Of a stretch of DNA of 64,000 nucleotides, positions 35,617 to 46,154 are shown piece by piece. This stretch comes from Escherichia coli (GTDB taxonomy: Bacteria; Pseudomonadota; Gammaproteobacteria; Enterobacterales; Enterobacteriaceae). The stretch lies in the NCBI RefSeq assembly GCF_024223415.1, contig NZ_CP100502.1; one strand, 5' to 3'. The position numbers were made by a program, and so were the translations under genes. The stretch's first letter is position 1. Each line of letters begins with the position of its first letter. The notes under the pieces were generated by a model. That model did no database searches, was not told where the DNA came from, and was given only the letters and a program-made list of their open reading frames with translations.

Positions 35617-36201
35617 TCAGTATTGTTTACTGGTTACGGCAATTAATGTGGCATTGCGCCAGCCATTGCGGTCGTTCAGAAAATCACGGAAAGTCCCCTG
35701 CTCGGGTTCGCTGACTTTTCGTTCATGCAACTGCCAGAGGCGGTATGTAACAATCAGTGCTCTGGAAGCACAAAGAGCGACGCCTGACAGTATCAACACA
35801 AGAGTGCTGATGGCGCGTACCAGAGTCGTAAGAGGTAATGAAGAGGCGGCAAAGAGCATACCACTGAGAAACAAAGCGATGGCCAGCAGACTCCAGCAAC
35901 AGAATCGCCATACTGTTCTGCGCCGGCGGAAACGACGATCCAGATCGTCTACTGACATATGGCTGGCCTGCAGAGCTTCTTCCCACGTGAGGTGGAGTTG
36001 CGCCTTTTTATTATTTACCTGACGAAATCTGTCCAGCCTGCGTTTTTGTTGTTCCAGCATATGCTGTACAGAATTCGTTATCAGGCGAGTCTCCATCAGA
36101 GGAACAAAAATGTTAATAATCCCCCGGGTGGCTATGCGGGTTATGGATGGTGATTTTTTGACGTTTTTCGTCTGGTCTGAATTTTCCGGTAACTTATTCA
36201 T
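35617..36201 (-). CDS. traX: TraX, membrane protein
   Basis: seq: 194 aa; by order in the traL to traY array. Confidence 0.65.
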   Translation of the reverse strand: MNKLPENSDQTKNVKKSPSITRIATRGIINIFVPLMETRLITNSVQHMLEQQKRRLDRFRQVNNKKAQLHLTWEEALQASHMSVDDLDRRFRRRRTVWRFCCWSLLAIALFLSGMLFAASSLPLTTLVRAISTLVLILSGVALCASRALIVTYRLWQLHERKVSEPEQGTFRDFLNDRNGWRNATLIAVTSKQY

Positions 36202-36229
36202 TTTTTCAGTCCTGTTCTGACGTCAGCTT

Positions 36230-37432
36230 TCAACGTGCGTTTGCCTGATTGATTGTTTTCTCAAGGCTACCGAGTTGTTTTTCATAATACTGGCGGGCGG
36301 TCAGAGCCAGTTGCTGTCCAGAGATGACATTACCCTGGCGGATCTGTTCTTTCAGGTCGTTCAGTTGCCAGTTCATTTGCGCAGTGATTCTTACCAGTTC
36401 ACGGAGCAGGTTATCTCCCTGCATTTCCTGTAAATCCACCAGGTATGCTGTGTTGGCGTAGCGCCGGCCAGCCTCAAAAGCTTCAAACTCACGGGTACTC
36501 ATATATCCCCGTGCTTTTGCTTCTGGTGAAGCCACCTGGTCGAAGTAAGCGGCCGCTGAGTCTGACTGCAGTGTTTCAGCCAGTGCTTTACGTGTGCTTT
36601 CATTAGGCGTGCTGTCAGCAATCAGCGTCAGTTGGGGATTCGACGCAGAATCAATGATGCCGTTGTATTCGTTCTGGAGTCCGACGTAGGTTCGCCCACT
36701 CTGGGTATTCACTTCTCCTTTACCCAGAGCACGACCGGCAGAGGGGCGGGAAGTGTTTTTCATGTAAGCCGTCGCTGCATCTATTTGCTTCTGATCCCAT
36801 GTCAGTGCTGCAGGTGTGTCCGCTGTACCTGCGCCGTGGTAAATCGAGCGTACCTGACTGTCTCCACCTGGTATTTCGCCCACAGAAGGACAAACGGCGG
36901 TTCCTCCAAAACGTGCATATTCTGCTTCTGTACAGTAACTGGCGTGTATGGCCGCGCCATCATAAGCTTCCCGCACGGGAGAGTTTGCTGCGCTGGCCAG
37001 ACGGTCGCGGATGCTACGGTTGCTCACACCGCCACCTTTACTGAGTTTTGAGGCTGCGGATGCTGAGGCACTTTTGCTTTCTGTTGCAATCCCTGATGCG
37101 GATTCACTGCAGATGGAGTCTGGCACGGTGAAGCTTTTCCGTGCCTCCTCGAGGCGCTGAGTTTCATTACTGAAAATCATCTGCTGACGTGTCGCCTGTC
37201 CGTTCTGGGCAATGACACTTGCCAGCTTTTCAGAGTTCTGATTGATAGCGGTACCCGTGGCTGTCTGGGTACTCAGTATGTTGCCAAGGACATCTTTGAT
37301 GGCTTCCATTCTGGGGATGACCTGCTCTTCAACAGGCCGGCTGGCGACGACGGTGACTGAATAAGCATGAGCCTGGCATGCCGTTCCACTCAGGGTGGCT
37401 ATAAGGGCTGCGAGTAATGTTTTTCTTTGCAT
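36230..37432 (-). CDS. traW: TraW, secreted/lipoprotein component
   Basis: seq: 400 aa with signal peptide 'MQRKTLLAALIATLSGTACQA'. Confidence 0.7.
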   Translation of the reverse strand: MQRKTLLAALIATLSGTACQAHAYSVTVVASRPVEEQVIPRMEAIKDVLGNILSTQTATGTAINQNSEKLASVIAQNGQATRQQMIFSNETQRLEEARKSFTVPDSICSESASGIATESKSASASAASKLSKGGGVSNRSIRDRLASAANSPVREAYDGAAIHASYCTEAEYARFGGTAVCPSVGEIPGGDSQVRSIYHGAGTADTPAALTWDQKQIDAATAYMKNTSRPSAGRALGKGEVNTQSGRTYVGLQNEYNGIIDSASNPQLTLIADSTPNESTRKALAETLQSDSAAAYFDQVASPEAKARGYMSTREFEAFEAGRRYANTAYLVDLQEMQGDNLLRELVRITAQMNWQLNDLKEQIRQGNVISGQQLALTARQYYEKQLGSLEKTINQANAR

Positions 37433-38013
37433 TTTATTGTCTCCTGCTCGGGATGGAGCACAAGGTCAGGAAGGCTGTCGTATTTTCTGTTTTCAGGTAG
37501 TGGGGCCAGTGGGAAACACTGAAATCGCCTGGTGATATAACCTTTCCTGTTCCGGTTATCGATGATGCTGAAAGAACGACGTCTGACGCGCCGTAAGGTG
37601 GAAGGGTCAGTATCCATAACAGGCCAGTCACCGGCACTCAGTGCCGGCGTTCCGGGAACGGATGGCCATAACCAGGTATCATCGGACATCAGCGAAGCCA
37701 GCGGTGAAGGGAGTATCCACTGGATGACATGCTGAACGTCGAATGGTGCTTCATCCGGGACAGAAACCTGCCATATTGCCGTTGTTATCAGCTCATCTGT
37801 GCTGGACGGCAACAACAACCGCATGCCTGTAACCTTTCCCTGTGTTCTGGCATCCGAGGCGTATATCACTCTGGGATTGGGAGCCGGATGTAACCTGAAG
37901 ACACGTGACGGCAGAGTGAATGAGAAACTGTCACCTTTTACCTCAAGTTTTTTAAGAAATACCTGCCCTCTGGCAGGTCTCCGGCAGCGTGGGGTGATAT
38001 GAATTGTACACAT
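37399..38013 (-). CDS. traV: TraV
   Basis: seq: 204 aa; by order. Confidence 0.65.
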   Translation of the reverse strand: MCTIHITPRCRRPARGQVFLKKLEVKGDSFSFTLPSRVFRLHPAPNPRVIYASDARTQGKVTGMRLLLPSSTDELITTAIWQVSVPDEAPFDVQHVIQWILPSPLASLMSDDTWLWPSVPGTPALSAGDWPVMDTDPSTLRRVRRRSFSIIDNRNRKGYITRRFQCFPLAPLPENRKYDSLPDLVLHPEQETIKCKEKHYSQPL

Positions 38014-41000
38014 CAGAGATTGTATCCCTGTTTTCGGATGAGCTCCGAGGCCAGTTCTTCAATAACATTGTCACTGTTATGTTGGCCCGCCCGGTGCTCA
38101 ATTAATGACGTTGCAGAACCTCTGGGGAAGTTTTCGGCCAGAATCTTACGTGCTCGAACTGAACCTAACTTATTTGTCAGTGTTTTACGCAGGGCACTGT
38201 CTTTTGGCGATGAGTTCAGCGCCCATAGCTCCAGTGGACCGACGGTAAATTTGAGTATTCTCGCAAGCGTGCCACTTTTTACCCTGAATACTCCCAGAAC
38301 AGGAACACCACTACCATCTGGTGCCGGGCCTTCCGGCATTTTCAGGAAGCGTTTCAGCATAAATTCAGGAACGTTGAAGTTATCCCTCAGTACGGGGATA
38401 TCTTCGGGTTTGTAGCGCAGTAACCAGAGAGTATTTGCTGACTTAAGAACGCTTTCCGGGTAGTCCCTCAGATACTGCGTACTCAGAACCGTGCGGATAG
38501 CAAACTTGCGTTGCTCACGCTCCTGGGTATCCAGATTTTCCCAGATGAAGTCAATGCCCCGGGCGTTATGCAGTTCATCATAAACTTTTGTCTTAACCTC
38601 CTGATCAAGTTGGTTAATACGTTTAAGAGCGATTTCATGGTATTCCCGTGGAAGCTGCTTTAACACTTCATCCCTGTATTGTGGCAGGGTGAAGTCACCA
38701 CCGGCGATCTGACCTGCAAGCAGGTACATGATGCCGGTTTTAAGCCTGCCTGCAGGCGTTTTGTCACCGGCAACATTATTCAGATCGACAGCGATGACCC
38801 GGGTTTCCGGGTTGATCATAAACCGGGTATACCCGGATATCATGGGGTAGTCGTTATGTCCCTGCTCCAGGGCGCGGCGGATGTAGTCCAGCAGAAGCTC
38901 GTTTGAACCATCACGCTGAACAGTACCGAAAACATCCCTGAGACTGGTATGGCCCAGCATCGAGGACACTTCGGGAAGCTGGGGCATTGCCTGATAATGT
39001 GCCCGCTGAGCCGCCATGATATACCCGGCATTGTGGAGCATATCCCGGACTTCAAACCAAGTTGATCTGGCCCACCAGGCTGCATCATGTTTTTCATACA
39101 GTCCCGAGTCCTGCAGTGCTGAATCCACCAGTTCTTCCGTTGAGGCGCGATAAAGTCGCGGATTATTTTCACCGTACTCTTTAAAAGCCAGCTCGATAAG
39201 CTGGTTGATAATTTGTCGGGTGTCTCCGGGGTTACAGGGTTGACCGGTACCGGTATCGACACAGAGAGCACACAGCACCGATGACATGAAATTCTTTTCC
39301 GGCGTAATAGGCTTTTTAGCGCCGTACATCACGTCAAAAAGGTTACGGGTGTATTCCGGATCATTGCTCAGAATAATACCGACAGCTTCGTCTTTTCTTT
39401 CCGGAGGAAGACTGTCGCGAATAAGCTGAACCAGTCCCTGAGCACTGTATCCCTTATCGATATAGGCAATGAAGGGCAGGTTTTTCTGAGCAGATGATAT
39501 CTGTATTTCCGACAATGTATTAATCAGAACTGATTTACCCAGTCCCGGATCGCCTGGTGCGAGTTCTGTATGTTTATTTTGTTGGGATGACGCCAGACCA
39601 ACCTCAATTGCGGAACCGTCTTCTGTATGTAACATCAGATTCCCTTTGCCTCGCCAGACAGAGCCTGCCCTGTTAAGCGGGAAAAGCGAGATGGCATGTG
39701 ACAACGGGGGATACAGGGGAACCGGGCCGGAGCCTCCGGATGCCGCGAGAATGGTATTCACCCAGGCGCGTCGGGGATCGCCAAATGTTGTCGTGGTGCC
39801 ACATACGCCCCAGCCTTCAATGGCTGATTTCAGAATGGCCTGGTTTCGTGTGCATATTTCACGTGTTTTTCCCCACGTGGAGGCCATGATGGTCATTATG
39901 CAGACAGGTTCTTTTTCATCCGTTGCCGCCAGGGCCATAACGGATTCATACATTGGACGAACGGCAGAAATGAAACTGCTGTAAGTCAGAAGCGTTTTCT
40001 TCAGATTAAGAGCCTTCATCCCGCCGGGCATCAGATCCATTCTGATGCGCCAGGGGACTGCGCGGGGGACGGCACGGACCAGTTCGTTAAACGTCTGCAG
40101 ATTTTGCGGAGGTAAAGTAATCGATACCATTCCGTGCCAGAGTCCGCCCGCCTGAACCAGGTTGCCCTGTGTGGTCACCTGAGTGTTGAATAACTGCAAA
40201 TGCAATGAAGGAGCATGTAGTACGGATTCATCGTCAGTCCAGCGATATCCCGCTGGCTGGGCATCTTCAGGCAGGTGGGGTTGCCAGTTACGCGGTGTGC
40301 TGTGCCGTTCTGTCTGACGACGTATTTCACGCCCGACCTCGTGTATATCCAGTAGCCGGAGAATCAGGCCATCAGATGAATGTCTCAGTGCCTGTTCCAC
40401 ATTATCAAGAAAAGCTTCGTGGCGGATTTTCAGTGCAGATAAGGTCCACTGCCAGGGGGACTGGGCAAAGCGTGCTTTCGGTACCCGTTCAGCCAGTCTT
40501 CTGACAAGCTCATCATGGGCGGTGCGATCGCTGTTGCTGATAAGGTCGGGTCCACTCCAGATCGCCAGCCAGCAACGCTCCCGGACCAGCCATGGGGACA
40601 GTGTTGTGACTTTCTCATCGACCACATCCTGTAACTGGATACCTGTATTAGCCAGTGAGCGCTTTTGTGGGGCGACCATGTCTTCGATTTCTTCTTTCCC
40701 CATGTCAGGATCACGCTCAAAAACGAAGCTGATTTTATGACCGCTGTTTTTATATGCCGTATTCAGGCTGTCACTCATGCTGGTGATCAGCGATTCCAGT
40801 GAACCTGGGCCAGTCTGGTCGGATGCTTCATCCATTTCCCTGAAAGCACCGCTGACTTCAAAGACAGAGAGATATTCTCCACGCTTTGTGGCTGCAATAT
40901 AGGGCGAATTCAGCCATGGGCGACGTTCACGATCCTGTCTGTCCAGACCTATTACAGTACGTAAATCGCAATACTCAACAAAACTGCTTGCGACAGAGAA

Positions 41001-41057
41001 ACGGGATAGCGTGTTCAGACAGTCTTCGATAGTGAAGATTAAACGGTTTATGTTCAT
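38013..41057 (-). CDS. traU: TraU, VirB4/DotO-like T4SS ATPase
   Basis: seq: Walker A 'GDPGLGKS'; internal Met 41057 gives 1014 aa (track ORF 1045 aa from 41150), matching my recollection of R64 TraU. Confidence 0.8.
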   Translation of the reverse strand: MNINRLIFTIEDCLNTLSRFSVASSFVEYCDLRTVIGLDRQDRERRPWLNSPYIAATKRGEYLSVFEVSGAFREMDEASDQTGPGSLESLITSMSDSLNTAYKNSGHKISFVFERDPDMGKEEIEDMVAPQKRSLANTGIQLQDVVDEKVTTLSPWLVRERCWLAIWSGPDLISNSDRTAHDELVRRLAERVPKARFAQSPWQWTLSALKIRHEAFLDNVEQALRHSSDGLILRLLDIHEVGREIRRQTERHSTPRNWQPHLPEDAQPAGYRWTDDESVLHAPSLHLQLFNTQVTTQGNLVQAGGLWHGMVSITLPPQNLQTFNELVRAVPRAVPWRIRMDLMPGGMKALNLKKTLLTYSSFISAVRPMYESVMALAATDEKEPVCIMTIMASTWGKTREICTRNQAILKSAIEGWGVCGTTTTFGDPRRAWVNTILAASGGSGPVPLYPPLSHAISLFPLNRAGSVWRGKGNLMLHTEDGSAIEVGLASSQQNKHTELAPGDPGLGKSVLINTLSEIQISSAQKNLPFIAYIDKGYSAQGLVQLIRDSLPPERKDEAVGIILSNDPEYTRNLFDVMYGAKKPITPEKNFMSSVLCALCVDTGTGQPCNPGDTRQIINQLIELAFKEYGENNPRLYRASTEELVDSALQDSGLYEKHDAAWWARSTWFEVRDMLHNAGYIMAAQRAHYQAMPQLPEVSSMLGHTSLRDVFGTVQRDGSNELLLDYIRRALEQGHNDYPMISGYTRFMINPETRVIAVDLNNVAGDKTPAGRLKTGIMYLLAGQIAGGDFTLPQYRDEVLKQLPREYHEIALKRINQLDQEVKTKVYDELHNARGIDFIWENLDTQEREQRKFAIRTVLSTQYLRDYPESVLKSANTLWLLRYKPEDIPVLRDNFNVPEFMLKRFLKMPEGPAPDGSGVPVLGVFRVKSGTLARILKFTVGPLELWALNSSPKDSALRKTLTNKLGSVRARKILAENFPRGSATSLIEHRAGQHNSDNVIEELASELIRKQGYNL

Positions 41058-41146
41058 AGGTGAGGGAACTCCGGACTTACAGGAGGGAGGTTTGTGCAGT
41101 TTGATTTTTTTAATGCCACCCCGCGCTGGAGTGGCATGAAGAAAAA

Positions 41147-41947
41147 TCAATCAACGTATTCTTTTTTGATGAATGAATCTGGTGTCAGAATCAGGGCAAT
41201 CCCGTTCATTTTTTCACGCAGGGGCGAACGACCGGAAGGTGGATAGCGACGAAAAACGTCAGCGAAATCGGCCGGGCGGAAACTGCGGAATTTATCCTCA
41301 ACCGCCAGTCTGTTTTGCATCAGTGCAGAGAGCGCTTCCCGTCCCCGCCGGACCCGGAACTTATCATTACTGAAAACTTCCTGTAATGAACGACGGTTAA
41401 GGGCCACGACCGTGGATGGATGAAGGTCGGGTAGCCACACCATAACGCCCTGTGCTGCGGCATAACCATTCAGTGAATGCCAGGCGTGGCAGAAAGCACA
41501 TAAGCTGTAAGGCGGGCCGTCTTCATGAAACAGTTCCTGCTCTTTCTCTGACAACGACTCTGTACTGGTGATTTCAGCTTTCTGTACATGGCGGAGTGAA
41601 AGACGTCTGGCAGACAGACGGGCCTGCTCAAGCGCCCGTTCAGCGGCTTTTACTGCCGTGTTGTACTTTTCCTTTTCGCCGGTTGCGACTGGTTCACCAC
41701 GCTTTTTTAACTTATCCAGATGTTCTGTGGCCTTATTAAGACGAACTCGTGTGTCACTGATTGTGTCGGTAAGCTGTCTGAGTGGCCATGAGTCATCCAG
41801 TCTGAAACGGTGCCTGACGTTTTGCCGGCAGCAGATACATCGACCGGGCGTTGTTAATTCCGGTTCCGGTAACAGTGGCTCCTGTGTATGAACCACATCA
41901 ATTTCTGGAAAGGGATACAACCACAAGTCTTTAATGCTGTGTTGCAT
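41147..41947 (-). CDS. traT: TraT
   Basis: seq: 266 aa; by order. Confidence 0.65.
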   Translation of the reverse strand: MQHSIKDLWLYPFPEIDVVHTQEPLLPEPELTTPGRCICCRQNVRHRFRLDDSWPLRQLTDTISDTRVRLNKATEHLDKLKKRGEPVATGEKEKYNTAVKAAERALEQARLSARRLSLRHVQKAEITSTESLSEKEQELFHEDGPPYSLCAFCHAWHSLNGYAAAQGVMVWLPDLHPSTVVALNRRSLQEVFSNDKFRVRRGREALSALMQNRLAVEDKFRSFRPADFADVFRRYPPSGRSPLREKMNGIALILTPDSFIKKEYVD

Positions 41948-42119
41948 GAGCAGGCTCCGTACTGGTGTAACGTTTCACGGCTTCCAGAATGATGTTTGCG
42001 ATTTCATCGGAACAGCATTCTGCAAAAATGAATTCCTGATCGTCCCGACTGTCGTGGGCAATCACATTGCCGTTTTCTGTTCGTCGTAACGTTATGTGCT
42101 CCGGGCTCCAGGCAGACAT
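41931..42119 (-). CDS. traS: TraS, small protein
   Basis: seq: 62 aa; by order. Confidence 0.45.
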   Translation of the reverse strand: MSAWSPEHITLRRTENGNVIAHDSRDDQEFIFAECCSDEIANIILEAVKRYTSTEPAHATQH

Positions 42120-42182
42120 ATGTGCCTCCTTGTATTGCCGAACAGGAAGGGCACCGGATAAATGCCAGTGCCCTGGACAAGA

Positions 42183-42587
42183 TTAGCCAATGGAAATTGT
42201 GGAAATCCCCAGCTGTTTCTGGCTGCGACTCATCATTTCAGGTCCGGCGGCAAGTAGCGCCCCAATGACGATAGATAGAATGCAACCAGCCAGTCCCATC
42301 CCCCCTTGTTTCCCAACTTTTTTCAGCCCAATCAGGCCCCCGAGAAACGCAATTACGCCGATGAACTGCGCAATAGTCAGTGATGATGACTGTGCTGTTT
42401 TGGCACCTTGTTCGACATTGCGAACCATATCGGCAAGATCTCCATCGGCAAGAACGGCTTTGGGCAGCAACATCATGGGAATGAGCAGCAGGAACTTAGT
42501 CAGTTTGCTCCGGCATGACATTACAAACAGTTGTGCGTGGATAAATGCGGCGTACAGACGGGCCGCTACGACACGAATACGTGACAT
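42183..42587 (-). CDS. traR: TraR, small membrane protein
   Basis: seq: 134 aa with hydrophobic segments. Confidence 0.6.
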   Translation of the reverse strand: MSRIRVVAARLYAAFIHAQLFVMSCRSKLTKFLLLIPMMLLPKAVLADGDLADMVRNVEQGAKTAQSSSLTIAQFIGVIAFLGGLIGLKKVGKQGGMGLAGCILSIVIGALLAAGPEMMSRSQKQLGISTISIG

Positions 42588-42637
42588 AGTTTCTCCTTAA
42601 ATGGATATATCAGTGGTTTATATGAAGGTGAAAAAAA

Positions 42638-43165
42638 TCAGAAGACGATTCCAATGCTTGCCAGCAGGGCATTGAGGACACGATCGATAAAGACCAGCAG
42701 GACGCCGGCAATAAATTTGACGTTTCCCTTACTGACGGATTCACTGGCACTCAGTGCGGTATGTCCATCGAGTCCGGCCTTGCGCCAGATGGATATCCCG
42801 TTCATGACAAATCCCACACCGGCCAGCTTGGCCAGCGACAGAACTGCATTTGCTGCGCCAGCAGCAGCGCCAAACGTCTGAGGTTGCACATATGCAATCG
42901 GGCCAAATGAGTCAGCCCTGAATCCCATTTGTACGCCTCCGGCGTTAATCATTGCCGGGAGTGATACGAGCATGCAGCTGGTTAACATCCCCGCAATAAA
43001 TTTTCCGGGAGACATTTTTACCGGACCGGCTGAACGGGCGCGGGCAAACAGGGTAATCATGCTGATCACCCCGATGAATTCTCCCCAGGTAAACAGGAAA
43101 TCCATTCCGGCACTGAAAATACTGCTGGCAAAGTTCTCAATGGCGGTCAGGGCATCCATGTTCAT
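42638..43165 (-). CDS. traQ: TraQ, membrane protein
   Basis: seq: 175 aa, hydrophobic. Confidence 0.65.
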   Translation of the reverse strand: MNMDALTAIENFASSIFSAGMDFLFTWGEFIGVISMITLFARARSAGPVKMSPGKFIAGMLTSCMLVSLPAMINAGGVQMGFRADSFGPIAYVQPQTFGAAAGAANAVLSLAKLAGVGFVMNGISIWRKAGLDGHTALSASESVSKGNVKFIAGVLLVFIDRVLNALLASIGIVF

Positions 43166-43869
43166 CAGCGTAACGTCCCTGCACTGGTGATGATGGTCCG
43201 GGTAGTCGGATCAATCCGCTGGATCACCACATTGCCCAGCGTCTGACCTTCTCTGACAGCCCAGGTACTACCCTGCCAGCGAATCCAGGCCATACCAGTT
43301 TCCATCGACATGATTTTCATTCCGTTAAGTACAGACGACGTTTTTTTCTTTGCTGGATGCGGTGTGGAAGAGGATTCAGTGACGCTTTTCTGTGTCATTA
43401 TTCCGTTCAGGCGGCTCCGGATATCATCCAGCTGACGGCGTGTTTCCTGTGCGTATTCTTCATCCTTTTTTATAGCTTCGCCCAGCTTGTTAATGCTGTC
43501 GTGAAGCATATTCAGTGTTGCCTGAATTTTTTCATCGCGGTTATCCAGCTCTGTTTTTACATCCCGGGCAAGCTGGCTCATATCTTCTCCTGTCCGGACA
43601 GTCATAGTCTCAGTGGACTGAACGGAAGGTGATGATTCTTGTGTGGTTTGCCAGGTCTGTACGCCAGCATCCGCATCATTAAACGGAGGCATGCCTGTTT
43701 CCGATGGCGCTCTCAGGAACAGATACCATATGGCTGCGAGCAACACGACTGCACATAGCCCCCATGTTGCTACAGATATCCCCCAGACGGAACGTTTCCA
43801 GAAGGGGGCGGGTTTCTCTTCGGGTTCACCGAAGCTGCCGGTTTCATCTATTTCTGTTTCAGGTTTCAT
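43165..43869 (-). CDS. traP: TraP
   Basis: seq: 234 aa with one N-terminal span; coupled to traQ. Confidence 0.65.
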   Translation of the reverse strand: MKPETEIDETGSFGEPEEKPAPFWKRSVWGISVATWGLCAVVLLAAIWYLFLRAPSETGMPPFNDADAGVQTWQTTQESSPSVQSTETMTVRTGEDMSQLARDVKTELDNRDEKIQATLNMLHDSINKLGEAIKKDEEYAQETRRQLDDIRSRLNGIMTQKSVTESSSTPHPAKKKTSSVLNGMKIMSMETGMAWIRWQGSTWAVREGQTLGNVVIQRIDPTTRTIITSAGTLR

Positions 43870-45158
43870 TATGGTGTCTCCGGTTGTTCATCATACCGAC
43901 GTTGCATCACAGCTTTTCTTTGCTCCATGGCTGTCTGCATTCGTGCCTGCGAGCGTTGTTCCGCCTGTGATGTACGATTAACTGAAGGGGAAATGCCACT
44001 GGAAAGGGAAGATGACCTGGCGTCGTTTGTCATTACCGGGTCAACAAACAGAATTGATACGACTTCATGCTGATACACTTCTACCTGTTTATAGGGCTCA
44101 CTTTCTGCCTGGCGGGTTAATATCTGACTTCCTCTTTCCGCCATACCACCGGCAATAACGCCCGCAACAGCTTCACCACTGGGCATTCCCACGCGTCCGG
44201 TAACCGTGCCATAGTTACCCTGAATAACCTGCGTGTTGGCATCTTTATAAAGTGTGCCAATACTGCCCACACCTCCTAACACTGACGGCAGAATGATATG
44301 TTTAAACCAGCGTGTATTCACATTGCTGGCCACGGATGACATCAGGTTGTCTTCCCGTTGAGCATATGCATTGACCTTAAGGTCCATGCCGTTCCAGCTC
44401 ATCCGGTCGAAATGGATCTCCACGCCGTTACCCACCAGTTTGACTCCCGGACTGAACAGCGTTGCCCCTGCCCAGGGGCCAGCGGGAATGGTTGCGATAA
44501 CCTTGGATGACGGGTTATCAGAATCCACTGCAGTATCAATATATGCCGGTATACGGGTCAGGGCAGGTATCAGTTGTATCCCTTTTTCTGCTACAGGCGT
44601 GGACAGGCTGGCATTCTGTAATGCGAATTGCTGCGTACCATTCTGCCCTGTTGTTTCTGCCGGAGATTTATTCCACATAGTCGTTGCTATGGTTGGTGTA
44701 CTACCGGCAGGATGCTGATCTTTTATTCTTACAATCAGCTTTTGCAGCCGTTCCATACGCTTTTCACTGGCTGCTCGATCCTCCTGTGGTGTGCCGGAAG
44801 CCTGGCGATAAGCATAGTTTTCCGGTTTTGCTGCAGGCTGTTGTTGCTTTTCCGGAGTGTCCGGAATATCAAGCCCCTGCGGAAGACTGGCAATGAACGT
44901 CTGATTATTGCGGGCTGCCGCCGCAGCCCCTCGTTCATTATCCGCTCTTAACAGTTCACGATAGTGAGGCGTTTCGGTAACGCTGCGCGTACCGCCACTT
45001 GCAGCACTGTTTATGTTCACGGCTGACTGCATATCGCTGTTACTCCCTGATAGTTTGGAAAACGCGATATAGCTGCCGCCAAATAAGATGATGCTGCTCA
45101 GCCCAAGCAGGGCAGCCAGTTTCTTTCCGGATTTACCGGCATCCTGTTCAGCACTCAT
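43869..45158 (-). CDS. traO: TraO
   Basis: seq: 429 aa with N-terminal span; coupled to traP. Confidence 0.7.
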   Translation of the reverse strand: MSAEQDAGKSGKKLAALLGLSSIILFGGSYIAFSKLSGSNSDMQSAVNINSAASGGTRSVTETPHYRELLRADNERGAAAAARNNQTFIASLPQGLDIPDTPEKQQQPAAKPENYAYRQASGTPQEDRAASEKRMERLQKLIVRIKDQHPAGSTPTIATTMWNKSPAETTGQNGTQQFALQNASLSTPVAEKGIQLIPALTRIPAYIDTAVDSDNPSSKVIATIPAGPWAGATLFSPGVKLVGNGVEIHFDRMSWNGMDLKVNAYAQREDNLMSSVASNVNTRWFKHIILPSVLGGVGSIGTLYKDANTQVIQGNYGTVTGRVGMPSGEAVAGVIAGGMAERGSQILTRQAESEPYKQVEVYQHEVVSILFVDPVMTNDARSSSLSSGISPSVNRTSQAEQRSQARMQTAMEQRKAVMQRRYDEQPETP

Positions 45159-45160
45159 GA

Positions 45161-46144
45161 TTACTCCAGTTCTGGTGTCACGTGAACGGACTGGCCATTC
45201 ACAGAGAAAGTCAGTAGTGGGGTGACGGGAAGCTTCCAGAGATGAGTTCCGTCGGCAGAGGACAAGGTCTGTTCAAATTCATCGCGCAATATCGCCCGGG
45301 AACGAACCAGAAGGTCATCGCCGTGTTGCCAGATCGTTGTATCCGGGACATTACCTGTGAATTTCAGCCTCTTAACTGAAGGGTCCCGGGGAGGAATACC
45401 ATCCAGAAATGCCTGTAATGTTGCGTCATGCAGGGCGATTTTATCCGTCGGGATGGAGACAACCGGGCTGGTTGGTCCCTGCCGTGGTATTCGCAGATCC
45501 AGACGACTGTCCATTTCCTGACTGGATGACGGCGTATCTGTTTCGCCACTGGTTACGTTCAGGATGACCGGTACCGACAGACCTTTCAGGTAGACAGAAA
45601 TGTTTCCGGATGCCCATGGCCGCAATGGTGTGATTGTCACCATGTTCTCGTTGTACTGCACATCAAAGAGTTTTGGTGCCGCGTTATAAGGAGGATCGGA
45701 TTGTGGCCATGGTGAACCGTTGATATCGGTAAATGTCACTACGCTCAGGTTGTTCATGGCTGTGCGAACAAGAGGAAGGCTGGCACCGGGGGACAGATTA
45801 ACTGTCAGAGAGCTGATACGGGGTACAACACTGGTGATGGGCGCATTGATGGCCCGCTCGTTATCCGCCATGAGACTGCGTAGTGAGCGAATCTCATCGG
45901 CGGAGAGCTCAGAATCAAGTCTTGCCGCATCCTGTACCAGCGGGCTGGCCTGCCCGGGGGCAGGCAGCTCACCTTTTACCAGTGTTGCCGGAACACCTCC
46001 GGTGTTTTGGGAGGCGTTCTGAACGTGATCGCTGGCAGAATTTGTCGTTTGTGGTGTGCGTGCGTTCTGCCATCCTGCGTTATCTGCAGACGTGGCGGCG
46101 CTGCACACCAGGAGCAGTGTGCTCAGTAAATAACGTGATTGCAT
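45161..46144 (-). CDS. traN: TraN, secreted component
   Basis: seq: 327 aa with signal peptide 'MQSRYLLSTLLLVCSAATSA'. Confidence 0.7.
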   Translation of the reverse strand: MQSRYLLSTLLLVCSAATSADNAGWQNARTPQTTNSASDHVQNASQNTGGVPATLVKGELPAPGQASPLVQDAARLDSELSADEIRSLRSLMADNERAINAPITSVVPRISSLTVNLSPGASLPLVRTAMNNLSVVTFTDINGSPWPQSDPPYNAAPKLFDVQYNENMVTITPLRPWASGNISVYLKGLSVPVILNVTSGETDTPSSSQEMDSRLDLRIPRQGPTSPVVSIPTDKIALHDATLQAFLDGIPPRDPSVKRLKFTGNVPDTTIWQHGDDLLVRSRAILRDEFEQTLSSADGTHLWKLPVTPLLTFSVNGQSVHVTPELE

Positions 46145-46154
46145 ATTACTTATC